Part shown: positions 17,960-27,559 of the stretch, one piece after another
Numbering within the stretch: position 1 is the stretch's first letter
How the letters are laid out: the number at the start of each line of letters is the position of its first letter
Source: Planctomycetales bacterium
GTDB taxonomy: Bacteria > 4484-113
Assembly (NCBI GenBank): GCA_037445915.1
Contig: JBBIJQ010000019.1
Span: 1 to 35,432, forward strand
Length of the DNA: 35,432 nucleotides
Direction of reading: 5' to 3'
Program-made: the position numbers and the translations under genes
Notes under the pieces: model-generated
What the model was told of the DNA's origin: nothing
The model's database searches: none
The model's input: the letters and a program-made list of their open reading frames with translations, nothing else

Positions 17960-20900
17960 TCAATCATCAGCTTCCCCTAGTTGCAGCATGCCCTTAATCA
18001 TATCATACCTGTAATCGTGGGCAAGCCGGTGGAAGTGCTCCGCCAGCCCTGGCCAGCTTGGGGCAAGCTTCTCATCAATCAGGTTGTGAAGCCTAATGAC
18101 TTCTCCCCTTTCAGCGGCATTCAGGAGCGCCTCAACTGCATCCTGCGGCAGTTCGCTTATCTGGCGCGCAATCTCGCCCTCGGGCAAGCCGCCGTAATCT
18201 GAGCTGGCGGCGGTCGGCGCGTAGATGTATTCCAGCTTAAGCCGCTTGCCCAGCTCATTGAACACGTCTGCTTCCCTGAAAGGCTTGCTAATGAAGCTGT
18301 CTGCGCCGGCATCCAGCGCTTCCTGGCGGCTTTCTTCCATCGCGCTCGCCGTCACCATGATTATCGGCGTGTTTCTGCCAGCTTTCAGGGACTTGATAGC
18401 CTTGGTTGCCTCAATGCCGTCCATTTCCGGCATCCTGCGGTCCATCAGGACAGCGTCAGGCTTCCATTTCTTGAATGCTTCCACAGCCTCTTTCCCGTTA
18501 TGCGCGGTTTCCACGGCGAAACCCGCGCCCTGCAGCAAAATTTCCAGCAGCTTGGAGTTCAGCTCTACGTCATCAACGACAAGTATTTTTGGCGCAGGCT
18601 TCCCGGCGGTGTTTATTCCGATAACGCGGGAAGCAGCAACGTCAGCCGCCTCGGGGACTTCTGCGCTTTGCAGAGGAGAAGCTTGGAAGGAGAAGGTGAA
18701 CTTGCTTCCCTTCTTCAGCTTGCTTTCAACAGTGATGTCTCCTCCGAGCAAACGCGCAAACTCGCGGCTTATTGCCATTCCCAATCCGGTGCCGCCCAAA
18801 GAGATGCCCTTCTTTGACTGCTCAAATGGGTTAAAGACCCTCTCTATCTCATCCGGCGCAATGCCAGCGCCGGTGTCTTCAACCTCCACCTGGAAATGCA
18901 GGCTTCCGCGCTCCGATGCAGCCCCTTCCAGGCAGCGCACGCGGACCATGATGCCGCCTTTCTCGGTGAACTTGACCGCGTTGCCAATGATATTGAGAAG
19001 CGCCTGGCGAATCTTGCGCACATCGGAGTTTATGTATTTAGGCAGCGGCGTTAGCGCAGCGATTTCAAATTGCAGGTTTTTCTCGCCCGTGCGGACCCGG
19101 AACATAGATTCAATGTCGCGGAGCAGTTCGCCGAAGTCAAAGTCACCCGCGTTCACCTCAGTGCGGCCGGCCTCAATCCTTGACATCTCCAAGACGTCGT
19201 TTATCAAGTCAAGCAGGTGGCCACCGCTGCGCCCGATTGTTTCCGCATAATTCCTCTGCGTTTGGTTGAGAGTCGTATCGCGCTGCAGAAGCTGCGCGTA
19301 GCCTAGCACTGCGGTAATCGGCGTGCGTATCTCGTGGCTCATATTGGCGAGAAAAGTGCTCTTGGCGCGGTTGGCGTCTTCCGCAGCCTCTTTAGCCTGC
19401 CTCAGGGCTTCGTCGGCGCGGCGCTTTTGGATTATCCGCCAGAGGCCGTTCATCAACAGGCTGACCTGGTGGATGTCGGATTGGTTGTAATCGGTTTCCT
19501 TATTGGCTATGCCTGCCATCATTACGGCACGGCCGTCTTCCACTACCGGCACGCTCAGGAACCGGCGAATGACCACATGGCCTTCTGGCAGCCCTTTTTT
19601 CCCGGCGAATTCCTTGGAATAATCGTTTACCACTACCGGCTGTTTTTTCCTAATAGATTCAGCTAATAGGCCACCGCCATCAACCGGAAAACCAAGAACT
19701 TTGTCGGGCAGCCCGAAGTCGGCAGGCACAGCTTCTGAGATGACTAGGACATGCATTACGCTATCGTCATCGGAGGCCATCGCAACAAAGCCGTACTTGC
19801 TATCGGACAGCTTTATCGCCATTTCCATCGCATATCGCGTTAGTTCTGTTTCCGAAGCTGTGTACATCTGGTCAAGCTGCATCAGCGCTTCCAGGCGCGT
19901 CTCGTTAAGCTTAACCACGGCTTCAGCCTTCTTTATTTCGGTGATGTCATCTAGGTATAGAAGAACTTGCTTGCCGCTTTCGCCAGTGAGCAGCGCGCTT
20001 GATATCAGGACGCTAACCAGCTCAGCGCCGGCCGCCGTCCGTATCAGCATCGTGCTTTCGGCTTTAACGATTCCCTTCCCGGTTTTCAGCGTTGCGGCGA
20101 ACGCCGCAAAAACAGGACAGTTCCGGCATTCTTCGGATTTGCCGTTGCAGGCTGTTTGCGCGCCTTCAGGCGCGTTTATGCAGCCCACCACATCGCCGAG
20201 CATAAGGCCTATTAGCTCCCGGCGCTTCTTGCGCTTGGTGGGGCGCAGGCCGTCCTGGTTTGTTTGCGTAACGCGGCAATCCTCTCCAACCAGCACCGCC
20301 AGTATCGGGGCGTTGCCGATAACCGCATCAAGCTCTTCGGTTCTGGCTGTCAGAGCGGATTCCGCTCGCTTGCGCTCGGTAATGTCGCTTAAGCTCCAGA
20401 CGCGGCCTATTACTTCATTGCCGAGCCTTTGCGGCATTGAGTAGCGCTCAAAGACGCGGCCGTCAACAAGCCGGATTTCATCCAACGACGTGCATTCAGG
20501 ATCGGCGTATATCTCGTTGATGCGCTTCAGAAACCCCTGTGGGTCAATTGTTAGTTCAGCGTTGTGCCTTCCGATTGCGCCCCGTTCGTTTCCAGTGACG
20601 ACGCTGTCAGGCAACCTCCACAATTTCTTGTAGTTCTCGTTGTAAACAATAATGTATTGGTTCAAGTCGGTGACTATTGTGCCGTCAGCCGTTGCTTCTA
20701 GGGTCGCCGAGAGCAGCGACAGGTTCTTCTCAAGCTCCTTCGTGCGCTCCTTAACCTGCCTTTCAAGCCCATGTTGGTATTCCGCAAGTTTCTGCTCCGC
20801 CTGCTTGCGCGCGGTGATATCCATGAATGTCGCGACAGCGCCGATGACTTTTCCGTCTTTTACTTGGGGATAGGCCCAGTACTCAACATAGACTCTCGTC

Positions 20901-23230
20901 CCGTCTGCCTTCCAGAACACTTCATCATCCGCGTTAGTGCCTTTCCCTTCCCTGAACGCCTGACATACTTTACATTCCTCTGGTGGATAAGGCGTGCCGT
21001 CTTTGCGCGTATGGTGAATCAAGCTGTGGACATGCTTGCCAACTATCTCGTCCGGGCCCGCATATCCGAGTATCCGAAGAAAAGCTTGGTTAACGAAGAC
21101 GCAGTTCCCGAGAGTGTCAACGCCGAAAATGCCTTCTGCGGCTGAATCAAGTATCAGGCGGATGTCGCCTTCGCGCTTCTGCAGCGCTTCTTCCTTCCGC
21201 TGCAGCTCATCAACCTGCCTTGAAAGCTGCTCGCTTGCGTTCTCCAGCTCATCGCGGTGGCGCTCCATCGCTTCCTCGTGTCGCCAGCGTTCAAACTCGT
21301 ATTCCGCGCGCGCAGCGGCAATTTTGAGAATAGTCTCAACAGTCTCAGGGGCCTGCGCCGGTTTTCTGCTGAGAAGGCTGATTAGCCCAATAGCCCCGCC
21401 TGATGAGTCCAGCAGCGGCGCGCCAAAATAGCTCTCAACATCCTGCTGGCACTCGCAAGCCGAACGTTGATAACCTTGCTTGTCCCCGTTTTGAATGGCG
21501 GCTAGATGATTGACCACCACATCCGCGCAGGGGATTGCCTGCAAGTCATACTCGCAGCTTGGCATCGCTTGCCCGTCAGCGAACATCCCCAGCGCCCGGG
21601 CGCGCTTTCTGCCGGGAAGTATCTCCGCCACAATGCAGCAGTCCATCCCGGTTAGTTCACAGACAAACTTAGCCAGGGATTCAAAGAAGCTGTCCTTGCC
21701 TTCCCAAGAGCGCATTGACGTGAAGCGCAGGATTTCCTCAACCGCGCTCTTGCTTGAGATGTCAGTTAGCTGGGTCAGGATGCAAGGCAGGTCGCCCATG
21801 CTTATCCGCGCCTGCGACACGAGGACAGGAACACTCTTGCCGCCCTTAGCAGCCACCACCATCTCCGCGCCCTGGTAGGAGACTTTCTCGTTAAGCAGCC
21901 GGGACAGCTCGTCTTGGGTGCTTGCATCAATGAAGCCCAGCTCAAGCGCGGTCTTGCCAACCATCTCATCGCGCGACAGGCCGCAGAGCAGTTCGCCGGC
22001 TTTATTCACGTCCACGATGCGGTGGGTGGACTGCTCGGTTATGAATATCGCTTCAGCGCTTTGGTGGAAAGTCATCGCATACAGCTTTTCCATCTCGCGG
22101 AGATGGGCTTTCGCTGAAAGGTCGGTAAAGTGCTTGATTATCCTGCGCTCCCCGCCCGTTTCCAGCAGCGAAAGCGACAGCATCGCTGGAAGAACCGATC
22201 CGCCCTTCTGGCGAAACGTCACTTCAATCCCATTGTAAGCTCCGTCCGCGCAAAGCTGGGACAGCGCTTCCTCGCGCTCGTCCTTGTCCCAGATTCCCAG
22301 CCCAACGAGAGTGCTGCCGATGATGGTTTCGCGGCTGTAGCCCAGCATAAAGAGGGCCTCATCATTGATTTCCCTAATCTGGCCGGTAGCAAAGTCGGAA
22401 ACTATCATCCCGGCAGGCCCGGTCTGGAAGATTACCCGGTAGAAATGCTCCGCCTCGCGCAGCCTGTCTTCAGCCGTGACGTCAACAACATGTGTGACGG
22501 CGCATTCCCGCCCCTTCACGCGCAGCCGGGACATAATGAGGGCGCAGTGAACCTGCTGGCCCGATTTCTTGCGCATTATCAAGTCCAGCGTTAGCGTGTC
22601 CCGGCTTTCAGCAAGCAGCCTGCTAGCTTCTACACTGGAAGCCTGATCTAATAACCCAATCTCAAAGAACGACTTTCCAACTATTTCCTGGCGCGAGAAG
22701 CCGAAAAGCTTTTCAAAAGCCTTGTTCGCCTCCATAACTTTGCCTGTCTCAAGCTCGGAAAGCGCCAGCGGGCTGGGAACATGCTCAAAGACCGTTGAGT
22801 AAAGGCGCTCAGTCTCATACAGCCGCTGCTCGGCGGCTCTCCGCGCCTTGCGCTCTTCAGCCTGCACAATCGCCTGCTCCACCGCCGCCGCCAGGCGCAA
22901 TGGGCTGTGCTTCAATATGTAATCGGCGGCGCCCTGCTTTATGCTGTTCACAGCCTCTATTTCGGCCAGGACGCCGGAGATGATTATCACTGGTGTGTCA
23001 GGGTGCAGCTCGTGCGATAGGCGCATAGCCGAATACCCGTCGTAGCCGGGGATTGAGGAATCGCAGATGGCGATATCATAATTGCCAACTACGGCTACTT
23101 CAAACTCTTCGCGGGTACTTGCGTGAATGAGCGAGAACTTCATGCCCGCTTCCCGAAGGATGTCCTGGACAAGCATTGCGTCGCGCTCTATGTCTTCAAG
23201 CAGAAGAATGCGTATTGTTTGCTGCTTCAT
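17960..23230 (-). CDS. Cytoplasmic hybrid histidine kinase: REC, multiple PAS, two GAF, HisKA, HATPase, REC
   Basis: N-terminal REC (ILLLED...CDSSIPG), several PAS endings (DIT.RK), GAF-like segments, FLANMSHEIRTP, NAVKFT, DTGAG, GTGLG, C-terminal REC (VVDD, MDRRMP, KPF); start trimmed to ATG 23230. Confidence 0.93.
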   Translation of the reverse strand: MKQQTIRILLLEDIERDAMLVQDILREAGMKFSLIHASTREEFEVAVVGNYDIAICDSSIPGYDGYSAMRLSHELHPDTPVIIISGVLAEIEAVNSIKQGAADYILKHSPLRLAAAVEQAIVQAEERKARRAAEQRLYETERLYSTVFEHVPSPLALSELETGKVMEANKAFEKLFGFSRQEIVGKSFFEIGLLDQASSVEASRLLAESRDTLTLDLIMRKKSGQQVHCALIMSRLRVKGRECAVTHVVDVTAEDRLREAEHFYRVIFQTGPAGMIVSDFATGQIREINDEALFMLGYSRETIIGSTLVGLGIWDKDEREEALSQLCADGAYNGIEVTFRQKGGSVLPAMLSLSLLETGGERRIIKHFTDLSAKAHLREMEKLYAMTFHQSAEAIFITEQSTHRIVDVNKAGELLCGLSRDEMVGKTALELGFIDASTQDELSRLLNEKVSYQGAEMVVAAKGGKSVPVLVSQARISMGDLPCILTQLTDISSKSAVEEILRFTSMRSWEGKDSFFESLAKFVCELTGMDCCIVAEILPGRKRARALGMFADGQAMPSCEYDLQAIPCADVVVNHLAAIQNGDKQGYQRSACECQQDVESYFGAPLLDSSGGAIGLISLLSRKPAQAPETVETILKIAAARAEYEFERWRHEEAMERHRDELENASEQLSRQVDELQRKEEALQKREGDIRLILDSAAEGIFGVDTLGNCVFVNQAFLRILGYAGPDEIVGKHVHSLIHHTRKDGTPYPPEECKVCQAFREGKGTNADDEVFWKADGTRVYVEYWAYPQVKDGKVIGAVATFMDITARKQAEQKLAEYQHGLERQVKERTKELEKNLSLLSATLEATADGTIVTDLNQYIIVYNENYKKLWRLPDSVVTGNERGAIGRHNAELTIDPQGFLKRINEIYADPECTSLDEIRLVDGRVFERYSMPQRLGNEVIGRVWSLSDITERKRAESALTARTEELDAVIGNAPILAVLVGEDCRVTQTNQDGLRPTKRKKRRELIGLMLGDVVGCINAPEGAQTACNGKSEECRNCPVFAAFAATLKTGKGIVKAESTMLIRTAAGAELVSVLISSALLTGESGKQVLLYLDDITEIKKAEAVVKLNETRLEALMQLDQMYTASETELTRYAMEMAIKLSDSKYGFVAMASDDDSVMHVLVISEAVPADFGLPDKVLGFPVDGGGLLAESIRKKQPVVVNDYSKEFAGKKGLPEGHVVIRRFLSVPVVEDGRAVMMAGIANKETDYNQSDIHQVSLLMNGLWRIIQKRRADEALRQAKEAAEDANRAKSTFLANMSHEIRTPITAVLGYAQLLQRDTTLNQTQRNYAETIGRSGGHLLDLINDVLEMSRIEAGRTEVNAGDFDFGELLRDIESMFRVRTGEKNLQFEIAALTPLPKYINSDVRKIRQALLNIIGNAVKFTEKGGIMVRVRCLEGAASERGSLHFQVEVEDTGAGIAPDEIERVFNPFEQSKKGISLGGTGLGMAISREFARLLGGDITVESKLKKGSKFTFSFQASPLQSAEVPEAADVAASRVIGINTAGKPAPKILVVDDVELNSKLLEILLQGAGFAVETAHNGKEAVEAFKKWKPDAVLMDRRMPEMDGIEATKAIKSLKAGRNTPIIMVTASAMEESRQEALDAGADSFISKPFREADVFNELGKRLKLEYIYAPTAASSDYGGLPEGEIARQISELPQDAVEALLNAAERGEVIRLHNLIDEKLAPSWPGLAEHFHRLAHDYRYDMIKGMLQLGEADD

Positions 23231-23246
23231 AAAGGTACCCACCCCG

Positions 23247-23726
23247 TTAGTGCTCTGCGCTGCGGGGCTGCTGTTCCTTCCCCAGGCAACTTGGCGGCGG
23301 CTCGTTGAGAAGAGCCCAGAACGCCCCGACCTGCTTCGCCGCGTCAACAAAGCCTTGAAACTCCACGGGCTTAACGACGTAAGCGTTTGCGCCGAGTTCG
23401 TAGCTCCGAATCAAATCCTTTTCCTCCCTTGAGGACGTCATCACTACAACAGGTATCGTCTTCAAGAGAGGGTCGGATTTTACTATGCGCAGGACTTCAA
23501 GGCCGTCTAACTTAGGCATCTTCAGGTCCAGCAGGATTACTACCGGATGTCCTTCCAGCCGACCTGCATACTGACCCCGCCGGTAAAGGTAATCCAGCGT
23601 TTCAGCGCCATCGGTAAGCTCAACGATCGTGTTCAAGAGATTGTACTCAGCCAACGTGTTCTTTATCAGCTCCCGGTCGCGGGGGCTGTCGTCCACCAGC
23701 AGGATTTTCTTCAATACCTCTTCCAT
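23247..23726 (-). CDS. Single-domain response regulator (Rcp1-like)
   Basis: ILLVDD, LLDLKMPKLDG, TSS, SYELGANAYVVKPV, FW..LN; GGAGG upstream. Confidence 0.93.
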   Translation of the reverse strand: MEEVLKKILLVDDSPRDRELIKNTLAEYNLLNTIVELTDGAETLDYLYRRGQYAGRLEGHPVVILLDLKMPKLDGLEVLRIVKSDPLLKTIPVVVMTSSREEKDLIRSYELGANAYVVKPVEFQGFVDAAKQVGAFWALLNEPPPSCLGKEQQPRSAEH

Positions 23727-23753
23727 CAGACCTCCTCTTTAGACGTTTTCTAA

Positions 23754-26700
23754 TTAAGCCGATTCAAGCGTGAAGTAAAAACACGCTCCTTGCCCGACTT
23801 CGCCGTGCGCCCATACGCGCCCTCCGTGCCGGTTGATAATCTGGCGAACCGTCGCCAGCCCTATGCCGCTGCCTTCAAACTCATCAAGCGAGTGAAGGCG
23901 CTGGAACACGCCGAATAGCTTGCTGGCATATCGCATATCAAAGCCAGCCCCGTTATCTTCAATCCGGATTATCGCAAACCTGTCCTCAATGCCTTGGCAC
24001 GAGACAGTTATTGTCGCATCTTCCTTGCCGCGGGTAAACTTCACCGCGTTGCCGAGCAGGTTGGACAAGACCACACTAATCAGCGCCTTATCTCCCATCA
24101 CGACAGGGAGTTTGCCGACATTGAGGGTGATATTCCTGCCTTCGTGCGCCGGGCCCAAGACGCTGTAAACTTCTTTCACGAGCTTATCAAGCGAGATTTC
24201 CTGGCGCGTTATCTCAGCACGCCCCGTCTTTGAGTAAGTCAGCAGCTCGTCAATAAGCCTTCCCATCTCGCTGCTTGCGGAAATCACGATGTCCAGCAAA
24301 CGCCGCGATTCTGAGTCGAGTGCATCTCCGGCGTTGCGTAAAAGCAAATCCGTGAAGCCCTGGATATGGCGAAGTGGCGCCCGCAGGTCATGGGAGACGG
24401 AATAGGAAAATGATTCCATTTGCGCATAGGCTTCGCTCAGCTTTTTGGCTTGTTCCTCAAGCTCCCGCGTTCGCCCGGCAACCATCGCCTCCAAATGCTC
24501 CTGATATTTGAGCAACTCCTCTTCAGCGCGTTTGCGCTCGGTTATGTTGTCAAAGACGACGACAGCATAGCCGGGCTCAGGGCTATAAACCGACAGCGCA
24601 AGCCAGCTATTCAGCGCTTCAAGCCAAGTCTCAGCGCTTTCAGGCACGCCTGTTTGCGCAACCTTTCCGTAGAACTCCAGAAGCCCAGGGTCGGACTGCG
24701 CTATGCCCGGAATGACCTCTGTGACGCGTTTGCCTACAACGTCTTTTAGTCCTGTTAGCGATTCAAACGCCTGGTTGACCGCGAGGTGCTCAAAGTCAAC
24801 GGGCTTTTCTCCATCGTATATCATGCGGATATAGGCGAACCCGTTGAGCATGTTCTCAAACAGCGACTTGTAACGAAGCTCTGCCTGCTTGCGCTCCGTT
24901 AGGTTTAGAACGAAGGCTGCGATGTGTTCTTCAGTGCCGGGCAGCATCGCATCCGATATCAGCACTGGAACGCGCGTCCCATCGCGCCGGACATACTCCT
25001 TTTCGTAGGGAACGCAGACGCCCGTTTCCCGCAATTCGCTTATTGCTATTTCATCAGCCGGAATCCATTCCGGAGGCGTTATCGCCCTCCAGTCAACCAA
25101 GCCCTGCTCGTACTCACCCCGCGTGTAGCCTATCAAGTCCAGGTAGAAATCATTGGCTTCAACGACTTTTCCGGATGGGGTTGCTATGACGATTCCTACG
25201 ACACGGGAGTCTATAAAACTCCTCATGCGCGCATTCGCCTCGCGCAGCGCTTCCTCTGCCTGCTTGCGCTCGGTGATGTCGGTATTCGTGCCAACCAGCC
25301 TCAGGGAACGCCCCTGGCTATCACGCGAAATGCTCTTGCCGCGCGCCAGTATCCAACGCCAGCCTCCGCTAGCGGTTCTCAGCCGGTATTCAATTTCAAA
25401 AGTTTCGCTGCGCCCTTCAACGCAGTCCATGCTGGCACGAAACGCACGTTCTGCATCGTCAGGATGCAAAAGCCCCTTCAATGAATCAATCGTTCCGGGA
25501 AATCCCCCCACTTCGTAGCCAAGCATGCGGAAACATGCCGGGCTGCAATAAACCTCGTTAGTAGCGACATTCCAGTCCCACAAGCCATCGTTCGTGGCTT
25601 CCATACTTAACTGGAAGCGCTCTTCGCTCGCTCTGATTTCTTCCTGCGATCGCTTAAGCTCTGTTATATCAATGATGAAGGCAGCAATGTGCTCTTCAGG
25701 GCCAGGCAACAGCGCGTCGGAAACAAATACTGATACCCGGGTTCCATCACGGCGGATGTATTCTTTCTCGTATGGCCCGCAGCTTCCCCGTTTGTGCAGC
25801 TCTTCTATAGAGCGCTCATCGGCAGCGCGCCATTCGGGGGGGGTTACAGCCCGCCAGTCAACATTGCCCTGTTCAAACTCCTCACGCGTATAACCGATAA
25901 GATTCAGATAGTAGTCATTAGTTTCAATAACGCGCCCAGACGAACTGGAGACGACCACGCCGACGATGTCCGCATCTATGAAGCTCCTTAGATGTTCGTG
26001 AGCCTTGCGCAAGTCGTTTTCTGCCCGTTCCCTCTCCCTAATCTCCATGGTCAGAAGCTCAGCATCTTCTTTGAGTTTGCGCGTTGCCGCATTGACCCTG
26101 TTCCTTAACAGCCAGCTATGCAAAGCCAACAGCAAAAGGATTGCGGCGCCGCTTATAAGGAACCACCATACCCACTTAGGAATGACCAGCTTTTCGCCGC
26201 CTAAGCCCAGCCATTTATCCGTAGCCTTGTAATAGACTGAGCCCTTGTCAGCCTTCATCGCCAGAAGCCTGCGGTCAATCGCGTTTAATAGCTCCGCGTT
26301 TTTCCCTTTGGGGACTGCAAACCGCAGCTCGGCGGGGCAGACCAAGATCGGCGTCGGCTCTACGCTGTACTTTTCGGCGTTCTTATCTCCATACAGGCGG
26401 TTAGTTATGCCTGCATCCACTTGCCCATCTTTAACAGCCTGGAGGGTTTCCGAATTCTCTTTACATTCAACGAGCGTCGCATTCACCCCGAACTGGTCCA
26501 GCGTCGCCTTAACCGTGCTGGCCTGGATGCTGCCTTTCAAGACTGAAATCTTCTTGCCGTCAAGGTCCAGGAAGGATTGTATCTTTGACCCTATCGGGAC
26601 ATATACTTTTGACCAGTTATAGAGCACGGTCTCCTTGTTGAAATCACACAGCTTCGCCCTATCCAGGGTGTAGGCGACATCCGGCAGCAGGTCTATCTCG

Positions 26701-27086
26701 CCGCTAACCAGCCTTTGCATGCATTCAGTCCAAGTGCCTTCTACCCACTCGATGCGCCAGCCCTCTTTATCTGCAATGTCTGTTAGGATTTCCGGAAAGA
26801 AGCCCGCTACCGTGCCGTCCGGGGTAATGAACTCCTTTGGCTCATTTTGATAAACGCCGACGCGGATGTTCGTTTCAGCGCGCGCCGGCTGGCAGATGCC
26901 GGTAAATAGAATCCCGGCCAACAGCAGGCATATCAGCCCTGGAAACGCGCGAAAAGCAAGTCGGCTGGAAGCTGATGGATGGTACCTAACCAGGCTGTTA
27001 CTCTTTAGAAGAGCTTGGACCGCGGACAAGCAGGAACAGTAAGCGAGGCTAGTTGGGCGGCGAATCCGCCTTCTGATTATGTTCAA
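23754..27086 (-). CDS. Membrane sensor histidine kinase: periplasmic binding-protein domain, TM, four PAS, HisKA, HATPase
   Basis: Hydrophobic signal, family-3 SBP pattern (IRVGVYQNEP...GEIDLL...GQVDA), TM, PAS x4, SYSVSHDLRAPLRHI, NAVKFT, DNGAGF, FQRLH, GIGLA. Start uncertain: TTG 27086 after AGGCGGTGA, or GTG 27095. Confidence 0.92.
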   Translation of the reverse strand: MNIIRRRIRRPTSLAYCSCLSAVQALLKSNSLVRYHPSASSRLAFRAFPGLICLLLAGILFTGICQPARAETNIRVGVYQNEPKEFITPDGTVAGFFPEILTDIADKEGWRIEWVEGTWTECMQRLVSGEIDLLPDVAYTLDRAKLCDFNKETVLYNWSKVYVPIGSKIQSFLDLDGKKISVLKGSIQASTVKATLDQFGVNATLVECKENSETLQAVKDGQVDAGITNRLYGDKNAEKYSVEPTPILVCPAELRFAVPKGKNAELLNAIDRRLLAMKADKGSVYYKATDKWLGLGGEKLVIPKWVWWFLISGAAILLLLALHSWLLRNRVNAATRKLKEDAELLTMEIRERERAENDLRKAHEHLRSFIDADIVGVVVSSSSGRVIETNDYYLNLIGYTREEFEQGNVDWRAVTPPEWRAADERSIEELHKRGSCGPYEKEYIRRDGTRVSVFVSDALLPGPEEHIAAFIIDITELKRSQEEIRASEERFQLSMEATNDGLWDWNVATNEVYCSPACFRMLGYEVGGFPGTIDSLKGLLHPDDAERAFRASMDCVEGRSETFEIEYRLRTASGGWRWILARGKSISRDSQGRSLRLVGTNTDITERKQAEEALREANARMRSFIDSRVVGIVIATPSGKVVEANDFYLDLIGYTRGEYEQGLVDWRAITPPEWIPADEIAISELRETGVCVPYEKEYVRRDGTRVPVLISDAMLPGTEEHIAAFVLNLTERKQAELRYKSLFENMLNGFAYIRMIYDGEKPVDFEHLAVNQAFESLTGLKDVVGKRVTEVIPGIAQSDPGLLEFYGKVAQTGVPESAETWLEALNSWLALSVYSPEPGYAVVVFDNITERKRAEEELLKYQEHLEAMVAGRTRELEEQAKKLSEAYAQMESFSYSVSHDLRAPLRHIQGFTDLLLRNAGDALDSESRRLLDIVISASSEMGRLIDELLTYSKTGRAEITRQEISLDKLVKEVYSVLGPAHEGRNITLNVGKLPVVMGDKALISVVLSNLLGNAVKFTRGKEDATITVSCQGIEDRFAIIRIEDNGAGFDMRYASKLFGVFQRLHSLDEFEGSGIGLATVRQIINRHGGRVWAHGEVGQGACFYFTLESA

Positions 27087-27276
27087 CAAAATCACCGCCT
27101 TTAGCGCAACCTATATGCCTGGAGATAAGCACAGGCTTGGGGTTGAAAGCGGAAGTAACGCCGCAAACCGGCGTTGCAGCAGGATTCGTATACGGTCTTA
27201 AGTGTCTCATGTCGCGCGTCCTCAACTTGAGTAGGCACAACACAGCCCGCGCCAAGGAACGGACAAGGCAGACCCT

Positions 27277-27285
27277 ATTATAACA
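27277..27285 (-). promoter_or_regulatory. Extended -10 element (TGTTATAAT), probable promoter of the signalling operon
   Basis: Perfect TGnTATAAT, CTTACA 18 nt upstream of the hexamer, and an adjacent 8-bp inverted repeat CACAAGCT/AGCTTGTG (27307-27330). Confidence 0.6.
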
Positions 27286-27402
27286 ATTTGCGTCCTCTTA
27301 TGTAAGCACAAGCTTGACACTTAGCTTGTGAACGGTCAGTCCGGCCGGTTTCAAGCTCTCGCCCCCGCTCGCGAGTAGTGGAAATCGGCGCGAAAAGAGA
27401 AG

Positions 27403-27473
27403 CTGGGGTGCAGGGATTCGAACCCCGATAAACGGATCCAGAGTCCGTTGTCCTACCGTTAGACGACACCCCA
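27403..27473 (-). tRNA. tRNA-Gln (CTG)
   Basis: TGGGGTGTCGTCTAACGGTAGGACAACGGACTCTGGATCCGTTTATCGGGGTTCGAATCCCTGCACCCCAG: acceptor stem, anticodon loop CTCTGGA, GGTTCGAATCC T-arm; CCA not encoded. Confidence 0.97.
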
Positions 27474-27530
27474 ATCATTGGGACGGGCGGGCAGCCGGGG
27501 CGGCCGCGCCCTGCCGGAGGCGAACGGGGG

Positions 27531-27559
27531 ATTCTACCCGCGCGGCGGGCTATTGTAAA
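27531..27559 (-). promoter_or_regulatory. Sigma70-type promoter of tRNA-Gln
   Basis: TTTACA-17 nt-TAGAAT followed by a C-rich discriminator; overlaps the end of the upstream CDS. Confidence 0.7.

Noticed and set aside
27262-27300. GGACGCAAA...GGGTCT resembling a c-di-GMP-I riboswitch upstream of the signalling operon
   Set aside because: Spacing is wrong, the GAAA-loop P2 stem is absent, and the segment is better explained as the -35/-10 promoter
16787-27403. Genomic island integrated at tRNA-Gln
   Set aside because: No integrase and no duplicated tRNA 3' end seen; an old insertion cannot be excluded
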